Below are positions 1 through 14,398 of a stretch of 64,000 nt of DNA, piece after piece. The stretch comes from Parasitella parasitica NRRL 2501 (Eukaryota > Fungi > Mucoromycota): the NCBI GenBank assembly GCA_025201805.1, contig MU619248.1, positions 124,001 through 188,000 on the forward strand, in the 5' to 3' direction. The notes under the pieces were generated by a model that searched no databases, was not told the DNA's origin, and saw only the letters and a program-made list of their open reading frames with translations. The position numbers were made by a program, and so were the translations under genes. Each line of letters starts with the position of its first letter. The stretch's first letter is position 1.

Positions 1-91
1 GAGACGATAATGTAAGCAGGAATTATTAAACCCCCTGCAAACTTTTTGAATTTTTGTTTTGTTTTCTTTTTTTTTTTCTTGTGCACATTAA

Positions 92-990
<899 letters not shown>

Positions 991-1380
991 ATTTGTATTT
1001 AGTTTTTTTTTTTTTTAAAAAAAAATGAAAGGATATTTGTGTGTTTTTGTTTGCAACATGAATAAACATGATTTTTTATAATGGAAAGGATAATTTTTTC
1101 GCTTAATCGTACTCATAACGTAGCAGGTTTCCAAGGTGAAAAGCCTCTAGTTGATAGAACAATGCAGATAAGGGATAAGGATTGTCTCTAAGGGTTTGGT
1201 AGATATAGACTTTTTGGTGTGGTTGATTGAAGGGTGATTTGAGTGGGCTTCGGTTTGCTTGATGGTGGATATTCGAGTCACGATCGTAGGCGTGCTTATC
1301 GAGCATCAGGAAGCTGCTACTGCGCATTGTTTGCATATCTATCCTTTTTTTAAAAAAAATTATACTTGTAGATACAAAAA

Positions 1381-4300
1381 ATGAGCGATACTTTATCACC
1401 TTTATCTGATTATCGACCTGATGATGTTTTGGATGGGAATGAATCAATTGGCAATGAATTAGAGCAACTGGGAGTTGACTTGGTTGACCAAAATGTGCTT
1501 GAAAAATCATTAATGGAAAAGGTAAATATTGAACATGGTATTGCATAGGTTTGACTAAAAAACTCCAGGCTGATAAAGCATTAGCTGAAAGAGAAGATGA
1601 ATTGGATAGAAAGAGATTGGATAAAGCATACAAGGAAATTGAGTAAAGGCATAAAAATCTGATGGCTTCAGAGCACTATCAACCGGCATTAATGAAATTT
1701 GATTATAGAGCTGCACAAAAACAATTAAATGGATTGAAATTAAAAATGAAAGAGTCTGCCGACAAAGAAAAGTTTATTTCAATGATAAATCAACAAACTA
1801 GAAAGTTGCGAGATGCTAGTAAAGACAAGGACGACATTTTGGGTCGGATAAAAGATAGAGAAAAGCAACGCTACAAAGTAGTACTACCGGTCAATAAAAA
1901 TGCTAGACAGGACGATGAGACTCAAAGGGATTTTCTTGTGAGAACTGGAAAGATTACACCGTTTGACCATTTACCGGAATATCATAGCAAGCAACAGGGA
2001 AACAATGCCATTTTCCCTGGATCCGCCACTCAAATGTCACATCAGGATCTTCATGCACCAGTTCATAAAGCGGGACAGTCATCAGCGCCGTTAAAGCGTA
2101 AATTCAGTTTAGAAAAAGATGATGATGATTACAGAATTGATACAACTATAGAGAATGACGAGGACCAGTTCCAAGAAGATGGCAATGAAGAATACGACAG
2201 CTTAGACGAGGAAGGATATATCCGAAAACGTAGCATTAGAAAGCTAGATGATATCTACGACGACGATGGATCAGAAATGAATTATATAAAAAGATTGCAA
2301 GACTGGGTCCACAATCGAAAGATTATGCGATATCAAAAAAACAACGTAAATGCAATATTCTTCAAATACCGTCAAGATATTTATTGGGTTATTTTTAGGA
2401 GGATGCCACCAATTTATCTATGGAGGAAATTGAAGAAAGATTGGAGCAAGATGACAGCATGAAAGATGACGATAATGATGAACAATTTGAATCACACCCT
2501 AATTTTGAAGATGTTGAATTTGATCATGGCATGAAAGTTCCTGGCGAACTCTGGGATTGTTTATTTGATTATCAAAAGACGTGTAAGTGCGTTTATTCAA
2601 TATACAATTGTTGACACTAAATCATACAAAGGCGTACAATGGTTATGGGAGTTGCATAGGCAAAAAGTAGGCGGAATCCTTGGTGATGAAATGGGTCTAG
2701 GCAAAACTATTCAAGTGATTGCATTCTTGACTGGCTTGTACTATTCAAAAATCCTCGGTCCTGGTCAGCCTTCGATCATTGTATGTCCTGCTACAGTCAT
2801 GAAACAATGGGTACAAGAGCTTCATAAATGGTGGCCACCTTTGCCGGTCGCTATTCTTCACTCGAGCGGTGCAGGTGTCAAAAACTCCATCCTCAATGCC
2901 AGTAGAAAGGGTAAAAATAAAGAAATATTGGACGATACTGACAATAGCGAGGATGATTACACATTTCAGAATGATGCTGATGATGAAGATTATGAAAAGG
3001 GGGATTATAAACCTGACCGAAAAGGGAAGAGCGGTTTCAATAATAAAGCAAAGAACGGAAAATCGTCTACCAAAAGCATTCTTACAACAAAAGCAGGAAA
3101 GAATGCAGCTGCTCTGGTTGAACGATACGTTAAATTTGGTGGCATATTGATTACAACGTATAGTGGCGTCCAAAATTACAGAGAGATCTTACTTAAACAT
3201 CGTTGGGGTTATGTTGTGTTAGATGAAGGTCATAAAATTAGAAACCCTGATTCTGTAACTACATTGGCGATCAAACAATTAAAGGTAGGCCATCGCCTTG
3301 TTTATGCAATGGCATTTGCTTACTATATCTATTCGTAGACGCCACATAGAATCATATTGTCAGGCACACCTATTCAGAATAACTTGAAAGAGTTGTGGTC
3401 TTTATTTGATTTTATATTTCCTGGAAGATTAGGCGTAAGTAGAAGCATTTTGACTTGGGAAGAGGAACATTGCTGTTGACACATTAATGTGTAGACGCTG
3501 CCTATTTTTCAAACGCAGTTTTCAGTTCCTATTGGCATTGGTGGATATGCTAATGCTACCAATGTCCAGGTACAAACAGCGTATAAATGTGCCTGTATGT
3601 TGCGGGATTTAATCAACCCGTATCTTCTTCGACGCATGAAAGTGGATGTTGCCTCTGATCTACCCAAAAAAAATGAGCAAGTTCTATTTTGCAAACTAAC
3701 CAAGCCTCAACGAAGCGCGTATTTAAAGTTTATCTCGTCAAAGGACATGGATGCTATCCTCGAGCGCCGTCGCCAAGTGCTTTATGGTATTGATATTGTG
3801 CGAAAAATTTGCAACCATCCAGACCTCATAGATTTGACACTATCACAGTCAGATCCTGATTACGGTAATCCTGATCGAAGTGGTAAAATGGTCGTTGTGA
3901 AGGCCCTATTAAAAATGTGGAAACAGCAGCAGCACCGAGTGCTACTTTTCTGTCAGACTCGGCAGATGCTCGACATTCTGGAGATTATGATGAGGCAGAC
4001 ACAGTATCGTTACTTGCGGATGGATGGCACCACACCTGTTGGACAAAGAATTGCCATGGTGAACGAATTCAATAACGTGCCTGAGATTTTCGTGTTTTTG
4101 CTGACAACTAAAACGGGTGGCCTTGGGTTGAATCTTACAGGTGCGGATAGAGTTATTCTGTTTGATCCTGACTGGGTAAAAGAAACGAAAAATATATTAT
4201 GCATTGTTTCTAATATCGATTTGTTAGAATCCTTCGACTGATATGCAGGCAAGGGAGAGGGCTTGGCGTTTAGGTCAAAAAAAGGAGGTTACTGTATATC

Positions 4301-5545
4301 GTTTAATGACAAGTGGCACAATCGAAGAAAAGATCTATCATCGCCAGATCTACAAGCAATTCCTTACAAACAAGATTCTTAAAGACCCCAAGCAGAGACG
4401 GTTCTTCGATGCCAGTAATTTACAGTCATTATTTACCCTAGCGTCTGAAGATGCAGTTGGTACAGAGACAGAAGATTTGTTCAAAGGAACAGAAATCAAA
4501 TACAACCACAACCTGAAGAGAAGGAAAAAGGCTAAAAATGACGATGATGAGAAAGACTTGATTTCAATTGACGGAGTAAATAGCTTGGAACAATAGTAAA
4601 GTATTTTGGATTTAAAACATGGCAATTTAGCTTGACCAACAGATATATTAGTGCTGGAGAACGATTAGAGGAGGAAGAAAGACGCAAAGAACGAGAGCAA
4701 ATGAAAGCTTCTGAAAACAATGAGAACGAAGACAATGTTCTCAAGAGTTTATTTGAAATGACAGGCATCCAGAGTGCATTGCAGCACGACCAAATTATGG
4801 ATTCTGCTTCTCATGATGCTGTATTTGTTGAGCGTGAAGGTATCTTTACCATAAAATTAACAAATATCAACTAGATAATAACTGTTGTTGCATAAGCTAC
4901 TTTGATTGCTGAACGTGCTGCTGCTGCATTGAGGGAATCTAGACGGCAACGTCGACAGATAGACATAGGAACACCAACATGGACTGGGCGCTCAGGAACA
5001 GCTGGAGCCCCTCGCCATGCCCTTCAAAATCGAGCAGATACACCATCTCCTAGATTTGGACAACGGCCCTCATTCCCAACACATAGTGCCCCCGTATCTC
5101 CCTCCCCAAAGGACACATTTGGATCTGGAAATGTGTCTGGCTTTAAAGCAAATGCTAATGGTGCAAGACCAACATCTAGCTCATTGCTCGCTCGAATGAA
5201 AGAAAGAAGAGCAATTGAATCAGGTAAAGACTCCAGTCCACAAATTCAAGGCAAGTATATACGCAAATTGTGCCTTGCCGTGTGTAGTATAATAATGTAA
5301 AAGCAACAGATGCACCGGTCTCCATCTTGGATAATTCTGCTCGAGAAGGTATGATTGTTAAAATTAGAGACTATTTGTTTACACATAATAGCCGTGGCAC
5401 CTCTCAGGATATCATCGATGCGCTTGATATTAGTATTAATCAAGAGCAAATTATGATATTCAGAAAAATGCTTCAGGCAATCGCAATGTTCAAGAAGGAT
5501 CAGTCAGGAAAAGGGGTATGGATCTTGAAAGAAGATTTTGTTTAA
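1381..5545 (+). CDS. RAD26: SNF2-family transcription-coupled repair ATPase Rad26/CSB (ERCC6), multi-exon
   Basis: [76 protein letters not shown]-terminal [10 protein letters not shown] and a winged-helix-like FRKMLQAIA...WILKEDF; ATG 1381 opens MSDTLSP...LEKSLMEK followed by a GT donor. Confidence 0.95.
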
Positions 5546-5962
5546 TAATAAAGGATTAAACTTCCGATGAATCCAAATGCTGAGGCTGTCAATATTGATA
5601 TCGCATTCATTAGATGTTTAAAGACACCATAGGAATGAGCAATATGTTGCATTACAAACATTTTCTTCGTGACTTGGCACACAAAGTGAGTTGAGTACCT
5701 CGCCAGAAAACACCCATATTTTATCGCCTTTTTATCCCCTTTTTTTCTATTGAAGTTAAATTTAATCAATACATCTGCCTTTTACTTATTCGATTGATCT
5801 TTCGCGTATTAGAAAAAACCACTCTTTTTATTCATTGCAAGCCTCAAGAAGACTCTTTTTATAATACATATCCTTGAGCAACTGCATAATAATTGTAGGT
5901 ATATCAAAAGCGTAGCAAGAAACTCAGATTATTAAATCCGTAACCATAGCAACCTTAAGAAA

Positions 5963-8173
5963 ATGACAATTGACGAGTATGAACCCGAAGATGTATTGCT
6001 AGAGATCAGTCGCAAATTATCCAATGTCTCTATCCACAAGCTGCCTACTCAAGGAGGCTTCGTAGAGAAGGACGCTGTAAGTTTTCACACGTCTATATCC
6101 TTATCGTTCAGGATCCGATCCAGCTTATATTCACTTCATGTAGTTGCCTACCATCAAATATTTGCTATTCTCGTCAGAGCGTGATCAGATAAAACAGAGT
6201 ATACGTCTGTTGCGTAGATATCTAACTCAAGGTATTTTCATTTAAAATTGTGTTTGTTTAACCTGAATGATTTATATTTGGCGTAGGGCATAGTGATGAA
6301 AGCAGTGTCAATGATATTCTTGCATTAGATATTTTGCCTCGTATTAAGGAATTGATAGAATCAAACCTTGGGGATACGATCAAGGTATGTTATTGTGTAC
6401 TAATGTTAAAAATCTCCTTTAAAAAAATACACATATTGAATCTCCTTAACCGTACGGTAATGTTTATATATAGTTCGAGTGCGCTTGGATTGTAACCAAT
6501 GTTGCTGTAAGTTAATTTAGTTAATATAGTCATTTACAGAAATTCAAACACTAACTACAGTAACTTTATTATAGGCTGGTACAACAGAGCAAACAAATGC
6601 CATCATCAATGCTGGATTTGTTGATTTGTTACTCGATTGTATGCAGAGAAGCGGAACATTAGACTTGAAAGCACAAGCTGCATGGGCTCTTGGTAATATC
6701 GCTGGTGAATCGCCCAACTATAGAGAAGAACTCATGAAGAAAGGCTTTACCCATGCTATCGTCAAAGTACTCGAGAAAGTTTATAGAGACACATATGATG
6801 AGGCTCAAGACTACAACTTTCCAAACGGGAAAATTCGTTTCCCTGATGAGGATTGTTATTCTAATGTCGAAGCTTTGCTGTGGGCATTATCCAATATGTC
6901 TCGTGGTGGCTTCCAGGTTGCAGAATACTATCAAAACTATTTGCCAATGTTCAAAGTATTTTCTGACTTTATAGTCTTTGATTATACCAAACTAGAGATT
7001 GAAATTTGGTAAGCTTACTGATAGGTGGTATTGTGCGCCAAATACTAATTATATGCCTGTGATCCAGTTGGGGTTTATCCCGTGTGCTTTATAATATGCA
7101 TGATGTTAATGCTTTCCACCAAAACAATACAATTTCCGATGAACTTTGCGTGAGATTATCTGATCTTTTAAGGTATGTCTAGTGTATACATAGTCTCCAT
7201 TATCCCAAGTACATGAACTAAATTGACACTTGCAGAGATGGTGTCCCAAAAGTAGTTGTGCCTGCTATCAGAACAGTAGTCAATATTACATCTGGACCTA
7301 ATAGTTGCGTCCAAGGCTTATTACGCACACAGCTTTTAACTAGTATCACTCGATTGTTGGAACCACAAGCACCCAATGAAATTCGTAAAGATGCCTTCCT
7401 TGTTATCAGTAACTTGGCAGCTGGCAATGAAGATATGATCAAACATGTCATTGAACACAAAATTGTCATGAACAGTGTTGTTGCTCATATTACCGTTCCC
7501 GGTCATACTTACAGTAATAATCCGATCCAATGGACTCCAACGCTTTCGCACGCTTATTATATGAAGAACGATGAATGGAAGGTAACAAAGGAAGCTCTAT
7601 GGATCATATTCAACATCATTTCACTTGGCGGTGATTCGTCTGTTTGGTAAGCGTTTATAATATAGAAATATATATTCCACAGAACTGTTTTCTTATGTAA
7701 TATGTAGGGATGTGCTTAGCGAACATCCATATTTGCCGCGATCATTAGCAGCCGTCTTGAGTTACATTGATTTGCCTTTGGATGTTTGTGAAAAGGCGAT
7801 AGAGGCTATGATTAGCTTGGTTCAACGCTCAAACAAATGGATTGATAATCGTTTTCCTAATGGCAAAAACCCATTTGTACGAGATCTTATTGAAAACGGC
7901 GTACATACAGCACTTCCATGTATTCAAAAATTATATCACAATGAAGAAGAATTGGGAGATTTGTGTTTGAAATTGGACAAGTTGCTCGTTGCATCAGAGC
8001 AAGACGTGGTTAAAACAACATCAATTCTAGATGTAGCTGGTATGGCAAGTGCTTTTGGATTACCAACCATTGTAGAAATCAAGTCGAAAAGTAACAAGAG
8101 AAGAGTCATCCGCGGTTCTGAAGATGGTGATGTTAGACTCATTCAAAATGCTGTTGGCAATTTGTGCATTTAA
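5963..8173 (+). CDS. Importin-alpha-like armadillo repeat protein lacking the N-terminal IBB domain, multi-exon
   Basis: ARM motifs FECAWIVTNVAAGTTEQT, AQAAWALGNIAGES, LWALSNMSRG, EICWGLS, PAIRTVVNITSG, IRKDAFLVISNLAAG, KEALWIIFNI; exons joined by GT-AG introns. Confidence 0.8.
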
Positions 8174-8581
8174 CTGTTGTCCTGTTTTCTGTTCTATCCA
8201 TATAATATCTAATCATGAGTACAAATAAATACATGCAAGCTCTTGTTGACAAAAAAAAAAAAAAAACCATGTATTTAAAGAGCAATCAATCTTTTTTTGA
8301 TCCAGAAAAAAAAAACAATAAAACAAATACTGATGGCATTATGATTTACGGCTTCACTCAACTATTTTCTATGGATCAAGCTGCTTTAAAAGACCTAAAG
8401 ACATCTTGGCATCTTAATTCCATTATACTTTTCATATTTAGACGTCTTTTTTTTCGTTTCGCTTACAATTAAGGTTTTTCAAGGCAACCAATTGTTTACA
8501 AAAGCCAATCATTTTCTAGGCAGATCTTTTTATTTTCTCCCTCTTTTGTTTTTCAACTACCACACACCCCTCTCTTACATT

Positions 8582-9332
8582 ATGTCAAAATCACTGTATC
8601 AAAAGCTCTCGCTAGCATATAAAACGACTCGGTTTCCCTGGAAAAAGCATGCACTTGTAGGTTATGATCTTAAAGGAAACGAATACTGGGATTGTCCAAA
8701 CCCATTAGGTATGAAAAACTCGAAATATTACTACATAGCCTTACACGATTTGATGTCAAAGGTGGGAGGATGAAGCGATGGGTGCAAATGGCTGATGATT
8801 CAGAAAATGATTTAACGGTATTCTACCAAAACAAACTACCAGGTATGATAAAAAGGAGGGCATAGGAGGTTCAACAGCAATTCATCCATTTACTTTGACA
8901 GTTCAATGGCAAGCATGGCTAAGACATACTAGAACAGCAGCACCTACAACCCAGGAGCTTGTGCAAGAAGTGAAAAGAAGAGCGCTTGTACAAGAAAGAG
9001 CCAAGGCATTGGATCAAGAATGGGAGCAGGTATATATATATATAGTTTATGTACGTAAAGAGGCAGCAAATCTTAATATTTTGTACAATAGCGAAAATTA
9101 AAATTACAAAAGATCCAAGACGACGAGCAAAAGGAGTCGGATCGTTTGGCAGCATTGGAAAACGGTAAGCTACTACAGTGTAATAATTTTTTTTTGCAAT
9201 TGTTAATTTGTTAAAAAAGCGGAAAAAACGCAAAAAGACAAGGAGATGCCTGCAAAGTCAACACGGCCCTCTGGAACTGGTGATACATTTTCACCTGGCG
9301 AATGGAATCCAACTAGTTCAAGAAGAAGATAG
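8582..9332 (+). CDS. NDUFA12-family complex I assembly factor (NDUFAF2/mimitin-like), multi-exon
   Basis: RFPWKKHALVGYDLKGNEYW, GRMKRWV, LPVQWQAWLRHTR..PT..EL and C-terminal FSPGEWNP. Confidence 0.85.
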
Positions 9333-9771
9333 ACTTTAAAAATTTCTCGTCATCATATGCGAATAAAACTAGAGGCGTTGATGTATTGCATCTTGCTTGA
9401 TCTTAATGGATTTCGATGGATACAGCAATGGTATTTCCGAATAAAAGAAAGTTGTTTCTTATAGCATTACAGTACACTCATTTGATTCTTTTTTTAAATT
9501 TTCTGATCGGCTGCAAAAGTAATACAAGCGAGAACTGATTAGCACACATTTCAATTAAAGAGCATGTATTTCATGTCAAAATGGTCGCTTTTACTGGTGC
9601 TGTGCTTTATAGAAGCGATATTGGTGCAACTTTGACACTATCCTAATTCAACGAACACTGCTATACAAACGTCTGGATTTCAAGTACTTTTGTGCATGTA
9701 TATTTCACATTTAACAATAATTTTTCTCTCTCCTTCACTACTCTTCTTATCAACGAAACCTTCAATTCACC

Positions 9772-11133
9772 ATGTCCAGCGCTTACCCGGACAGAGATGA
9801 CTATTCAGAACAAGACTTGAATGTAAGGAACATCAACAACAGGTTCACTCCTGATTTCCACGTTGTGCCTTCATCGTCTCAACACGATCCCGAGCAACAA
9901 GATGATGAGAACGGTCCGCTGCGAGAATTGATTGAGCCAGAAAAAGGCAATAGTGAGGTTGAGCAATCATCAACGCCCATAGAGTGGTATCCAGCAGTTG
10001 CTGTTGTGGGGAGACTCATAAAAACTCTGCTTTCGCCTATTGTCAAGATAGTGTTTGCACCACGAACACAACGAGCCATCATCAAAAGCTTGGCAACTAT
10101 CATTGTTGTAGTTTGGATTTTTTTGACTAGTTTTACAGCCTACTTGACATTTTATCAGCGATATATACCAAAAACAGCACATATTGAGCCCATCTACTTT
10201 CAATACACTAACATAGAACGTCCTTGGGGCAAGGTCTACTTTAGTGGACCTAATCCGAACATGGTGAGCAAAATGGAGAAGCGAAATTCCGTTCAAACTA
10301 CATGTATTAACATACTACACATTTAGCCGCTTAGACATGAACAAGCTTACGATGTATCTGTTCAATTGCATGTGCCCGCATCTGATGTTAATTTTGATCT
10401 CGGTAACTTTATGGTTCATGCGCAACTTTTAACAAGGAACGGAACGGTATTAGCAGAGTCAAATAGACCGGTAAAGCAAATTATCTCTTTTTATAGTTCA
10501 ATTGTGTTTACTAATCGTGTTCATCTAATTCAGGCCATTTTGAGATACCAATCATATGCTCAACGCATTCTTCATGTCATGGCAAAAGCATTGCCTTTGT
10601 TGATTGGATGGACCGAAGAGAGTCAACATATTAATGTAGTTTTATTAGAAAGCTTTGTTGAAAAGAAGGTATAGATATATAATACTCATAGATGAAAGAA
10701 AGGGCTCATTGGACTCGAGATTTCCTTAGGCAGCACCAGTAACACAAGCTCATGTTAAACTCTCTTCCTTCAAGTTGCAAGTCTATGATGCACACATTAG
10801 TGTGATAGCTGATTTTCGTGGGTTAAGGTGAATTGGACTGTTTGAATGACAGGGTATAGAGACTGATGGTTTCTGTCAAAAAATAGATACTATATGTACC
10901 ATAGAAGAGTATCGACAGCATTCATATTTATCGTTCTATTTACAATGATCGAGGCCGTATGTGCAATAGCCGCATGGAAAATGTTTGGCAAAAATTTGTG
11001 GAATAAACTACATGAGACGTTTTCAATGGACGAGGCTTCTCTTGAAGATTCGGTGCAGGACCATGCTGTAGCAAGCCAATATGATACAGATGAAGAGGAA
11101 GAGGATGGCGACAGTTATTTGACAGAAGAGTAG
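9772..11133 (+). CDS. Seipin (lipid droplet biogenesis), multi-exon
   Basis: TM helix followed by FYQRYIP..HIEPIYFQY, QAYDVSVQLHVPASDVNFDLGNFMV, SNRPAILRYQS, LQVYDA..ADFRGLRYYMY and a second TM helix. Confidence 0.92.
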
Positions 11134-11362
11134 CTTTGATATGTCATGTATCGACATTTAATTTATATATTACTTTTAATACACATATACGCATACAAAG
11201 ATTGAAATGTTTTTTACGTACATCGCAAACTGTTATGAAAATTCAGCACTCATGAAAAAAGGGGTTTTTTTTATATATCATCTTAGATCACTGCGCATAA
11301 TATCTACGAATAAGTTTGACCGCAATATACTATAACACTAAATGCAACAAAATGAGGCCCTG

Positions 11363-13525
11363 TCAACGCCTACTGCCTCTTTCCTGTTGTCTGCCCCGGC
11401 TCCGACTTCGACTTCGACTTCGACTTCGACTTTGACTTCTAGAGTATCTATGTGTTCGCCTTCTTCCTCTATCTTCATCGGATGATGGGGATCGATTTTT
11501 TCTTTTTCTTTTGGGTGATCGTGAACGCTGCCGACGATCAAAATCTTTACTGGAATTTGAGTGGCGATGCGATCTATGTCTATCTCTGGATGTAGATTGT
11601 TTCCCTGCATTACCAGGGGAGGGAGATCTGTAATGTTTGCGGCCACTTGACCGGGATTTATCAGTGACTGACAAAGTAGAGTCTTTTCCAGCGGACATAT
11701 GGGGCTTGGGAGATGGTGAGCGGTTTGATTTTGCCATTATTGCCCTGGGAGAGACTGAACCGTCAGAAGAAGGAGATCGATATCTGCTGCTACCACTAGA
11801 TGTTCTTGCATTGGATGAGCTACTATCTCTCGTAGGTGGCTCAGGCCGTAAATATGCATTGACAGGTAGTCCCTGATTCTTTGCAAGCTCCTGCAAATGC
11901 TCCACTTCCTTTTCACGTTCTTTTTGTCGTCTATCCTTTTCATTGGATGCAACTATATTCAAACCTTAGTAATAATGCGCGACAAACAACCCTTATTATT
12001 ACTTGATTTCTCTAGTCCAGCTCTCATTTTCAGTTTGAGTCTTTCCATAGGAGTGAGTTTTTTCTTTACAGGAGCAGAAGGAGCTTCTAATCTACGTATA
12101 CAAGATATGCCTGTCAGCTTTTTCGATAATATGATGTTTACAATGATCCAACCTTTGCGACCCACTTGGTTCCTCTTTATCAATGTGATCTTTGCTAGCG
12201 GTTTCCTCAAGTGTACCTGAGCCAAACTCTATTACGAAATCTGAATTGGTTTTCTCAGGCTCATTATCGTCATCATCAGTAGAAGAAGACGAATCATCAG
12301 AGTGGTTTCTGTAGGGCTCGTATGTAGGGCTGTAGCGACGTCTGTAACGATTTTCATCGGCTTGATCATTTCTGCCGTCTCTTCTACGGCGACCTCTTTT
12401 TCGTCTCTCGTTTCGTCTGGAAGTTTTACTGCCATCTTTCGGCTTTCCCTCTCGTTGTTGCCTTTTGAGTGCTCTCAATTCTTCGTCTCGATCCTTTTTA
12501 GCTACTCTCAACAATCGAGCGTAACTACGAATACCATATTTCCCGGACATTTCGTTCAATATTTCCTTGTCTTTGTCTGTCAAATCATCGACATATTGTA
12601 AAATATCTGCTTCTTTTAATAGTTGAGACTCCTTTTCAGCGTCGTCTTCATCATCTTCATCAATATCATCGTCTGCTGCTACCACTTTGGTAGTACCATA
12701 ATCAAATCCAAATGTACGGCCTTTGAGATTATTGCCCTTGTTACTATCACCGCTTGATTTTTTGTTGATCTTTATCAAAGCAAGCTTTGCTTGATGGCGA
12801 TCAAGCAGCTTTGTCCATTCCTCGTCCACTTCCGCTAAGCGATCTGATTCCGTTACTGAGATAGCGTATGTTTAGTACAAGGTACTTTATACATCTCATT
12901 ATTACCATTCAAACGTTCAGCTTCTATTAAATCGTGGTATCTCTCAAAGTTCAATTCATCGGCCATTTCCCTATCCTCTCTCGACAAGTTCAGAAGGTTG
13001 GCTCCCACATTCGCTTCAGGCACAAAGTCAAGCAACGAACGGCCATCAAAGCTAAAAGGCAACGGTCAGACGTATACTCTCTTTTTTTGATATAAATAAA
13101 CCTTACCGATCAATTTTGATATCTGTATTTGCTTGCCATGGCATACTGAAATGATCGAATCCATCAACAATCGTGTACACACCCCTTGTCAATCCTGTCA
13201 CTTACAGATTCTCTGTGTTTTCATGGTAATAAAATTGCTCTGCATCAGGATACAATTTTGTACTGGATCCTATAACACGAATCAATTGTTGAGGGTCACC
13301 AAGCTTTTTCGTACACGTCAGTAAAACACCTCAACATGAGTGATGAATGCTGTAGTTATATACCCTAGACTCGTAATAAGCTCGACGTCTTTCTGCTCTT
13401 CTTCGATGATCGACCATCAATTCTCGAATCTATTGAACAATATGCGTTAAAAAAAATAGCCTCTGCTTAGATACTTACAAGCTTGATATTACTCTTTTAT
13501 CATTTGCCTTTGCCTCCTGCCACAT
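11363..13525 (-). CDS. CLK4-associating SR-rich splicing factor (CLASRP/SFRS16, DRY_EERY domain), multi-exon
   Basis: N-terminus MWQEAKANDKRIRELMVDHRRRAERRRAYYE, IDRFDGRSLLD, LNFERYHDL, KLTPMERLKLKMRAGLEK and an RS-rich C-terminus. Confidence 0.9.
11402..11431. repeat. (CGACTT)n coding hexamer repeat encoding RSRSRS
   Basis: About five tandem CGACTT units inside the last exon of the CLASRP-like gene. Confidence 0.9.
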
Positions 13526-13652
13526 TCTATATCTAAGCACTAACGTAGAAAAAAAAAAAAGGAAAAGAACAAGAATGCACATGTACCAATATCCGACAGT
13601 TTTATTCAATAGCGATTATGATCATGATTTAGATATCAAAAAAAAGGTAGAT

Positions 13653-14279
13653 TCAATCGAAGGCCATCAACTCTTCCACATAGTCCAAGATACTCGTTAG
13701 CTCAATTTCTCTTCTTCCCAGAATGAATTTACCCTCCTTGTATTTTTGGGCTGCCTCGTATGCTTTTATCTGAACAATGTGTCAGTTAAAAAATATTCGC
13801 TCTAGTTATAAAGATACTTGCATATTTCCAGCCCAACTGTGTATTGCATCCTGAGCAGCTGATATATCGAATAAGATGCTTACCGGTAGTCATTATTCTG
13901 TGCACGCAGATATAGTTAGTGTAATTTACTCGTGTCTTAATTGACCAACTTGTGTGGTTTACCTCTCTTCAGACTCGTTGGAAAGGTTAATATTTACGCT
14001 ATAGTAAGTATCAGCGCAACAAGAAAATACAACAGCTACTGTATACTACGTCAACCTACACTTTGTCAAATAAAAATGCACTTCCATTGATTCCATGGAA
14101 GTCCTAATCGCATTTAATACACTGTGCACATTTTCTGCATTATCAAGGTTGCCATTTACTTTGGATATCAAATGTTCATATTTGGCAAAATGACTTTTGC
14201 ACCCTAGATTTGAACATACATAGATCTTGTGGCGGCTGCTAGTCCCATCATCCAAATAAGAACGGTAAGTTAAGCCCAT
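13653..14279 (-). CDS. Yippee/Mis18-family zinc-binding protein (YPEL/Moh1-like), multi-exon
   Basis: MGLTYRSYL, CSNLGC..H...LISK, FHGINGSAFLFDKV, MTTGKH..ISCSGCNTQLGWKY, QKYKEGKFIL. Confidence 0.92.
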
Positions 14280-14352
14280 ATTGGCAGATTCTCTGCAGTG
14301 TCTTTATTGCCGGTAATATGATAGTAAAATAAAATAAAAAAAAATATGTTGA

Positions 14353-14386
14353 GAAAAACGAAAAACGAAAAACGAAAAACGAAAAA
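14353..14386. repeat. (GAAAAAC)4 heptamer tandem repeat
   Basis: Four perfect units in the short spacer between the hydrolase stop codon and the Yippee start codon. Confidence 0.9.
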
Positions 14387-14398
14387 GAGCTGGAAATA

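Noticed and set aside
5224-5309. Third GC-AG intron in RAD26 (GCAAGT at 5251)
   Set aside because: A same-phase GT donor at 5224 is equally usable; cannot decide without reads
6440-6455. U12-like branch sequence TCCTTAAC in an intron of the ARM gene
   Set aside because: The donor is U2-type GTATGT and no RTATCCTT donor pairs with it
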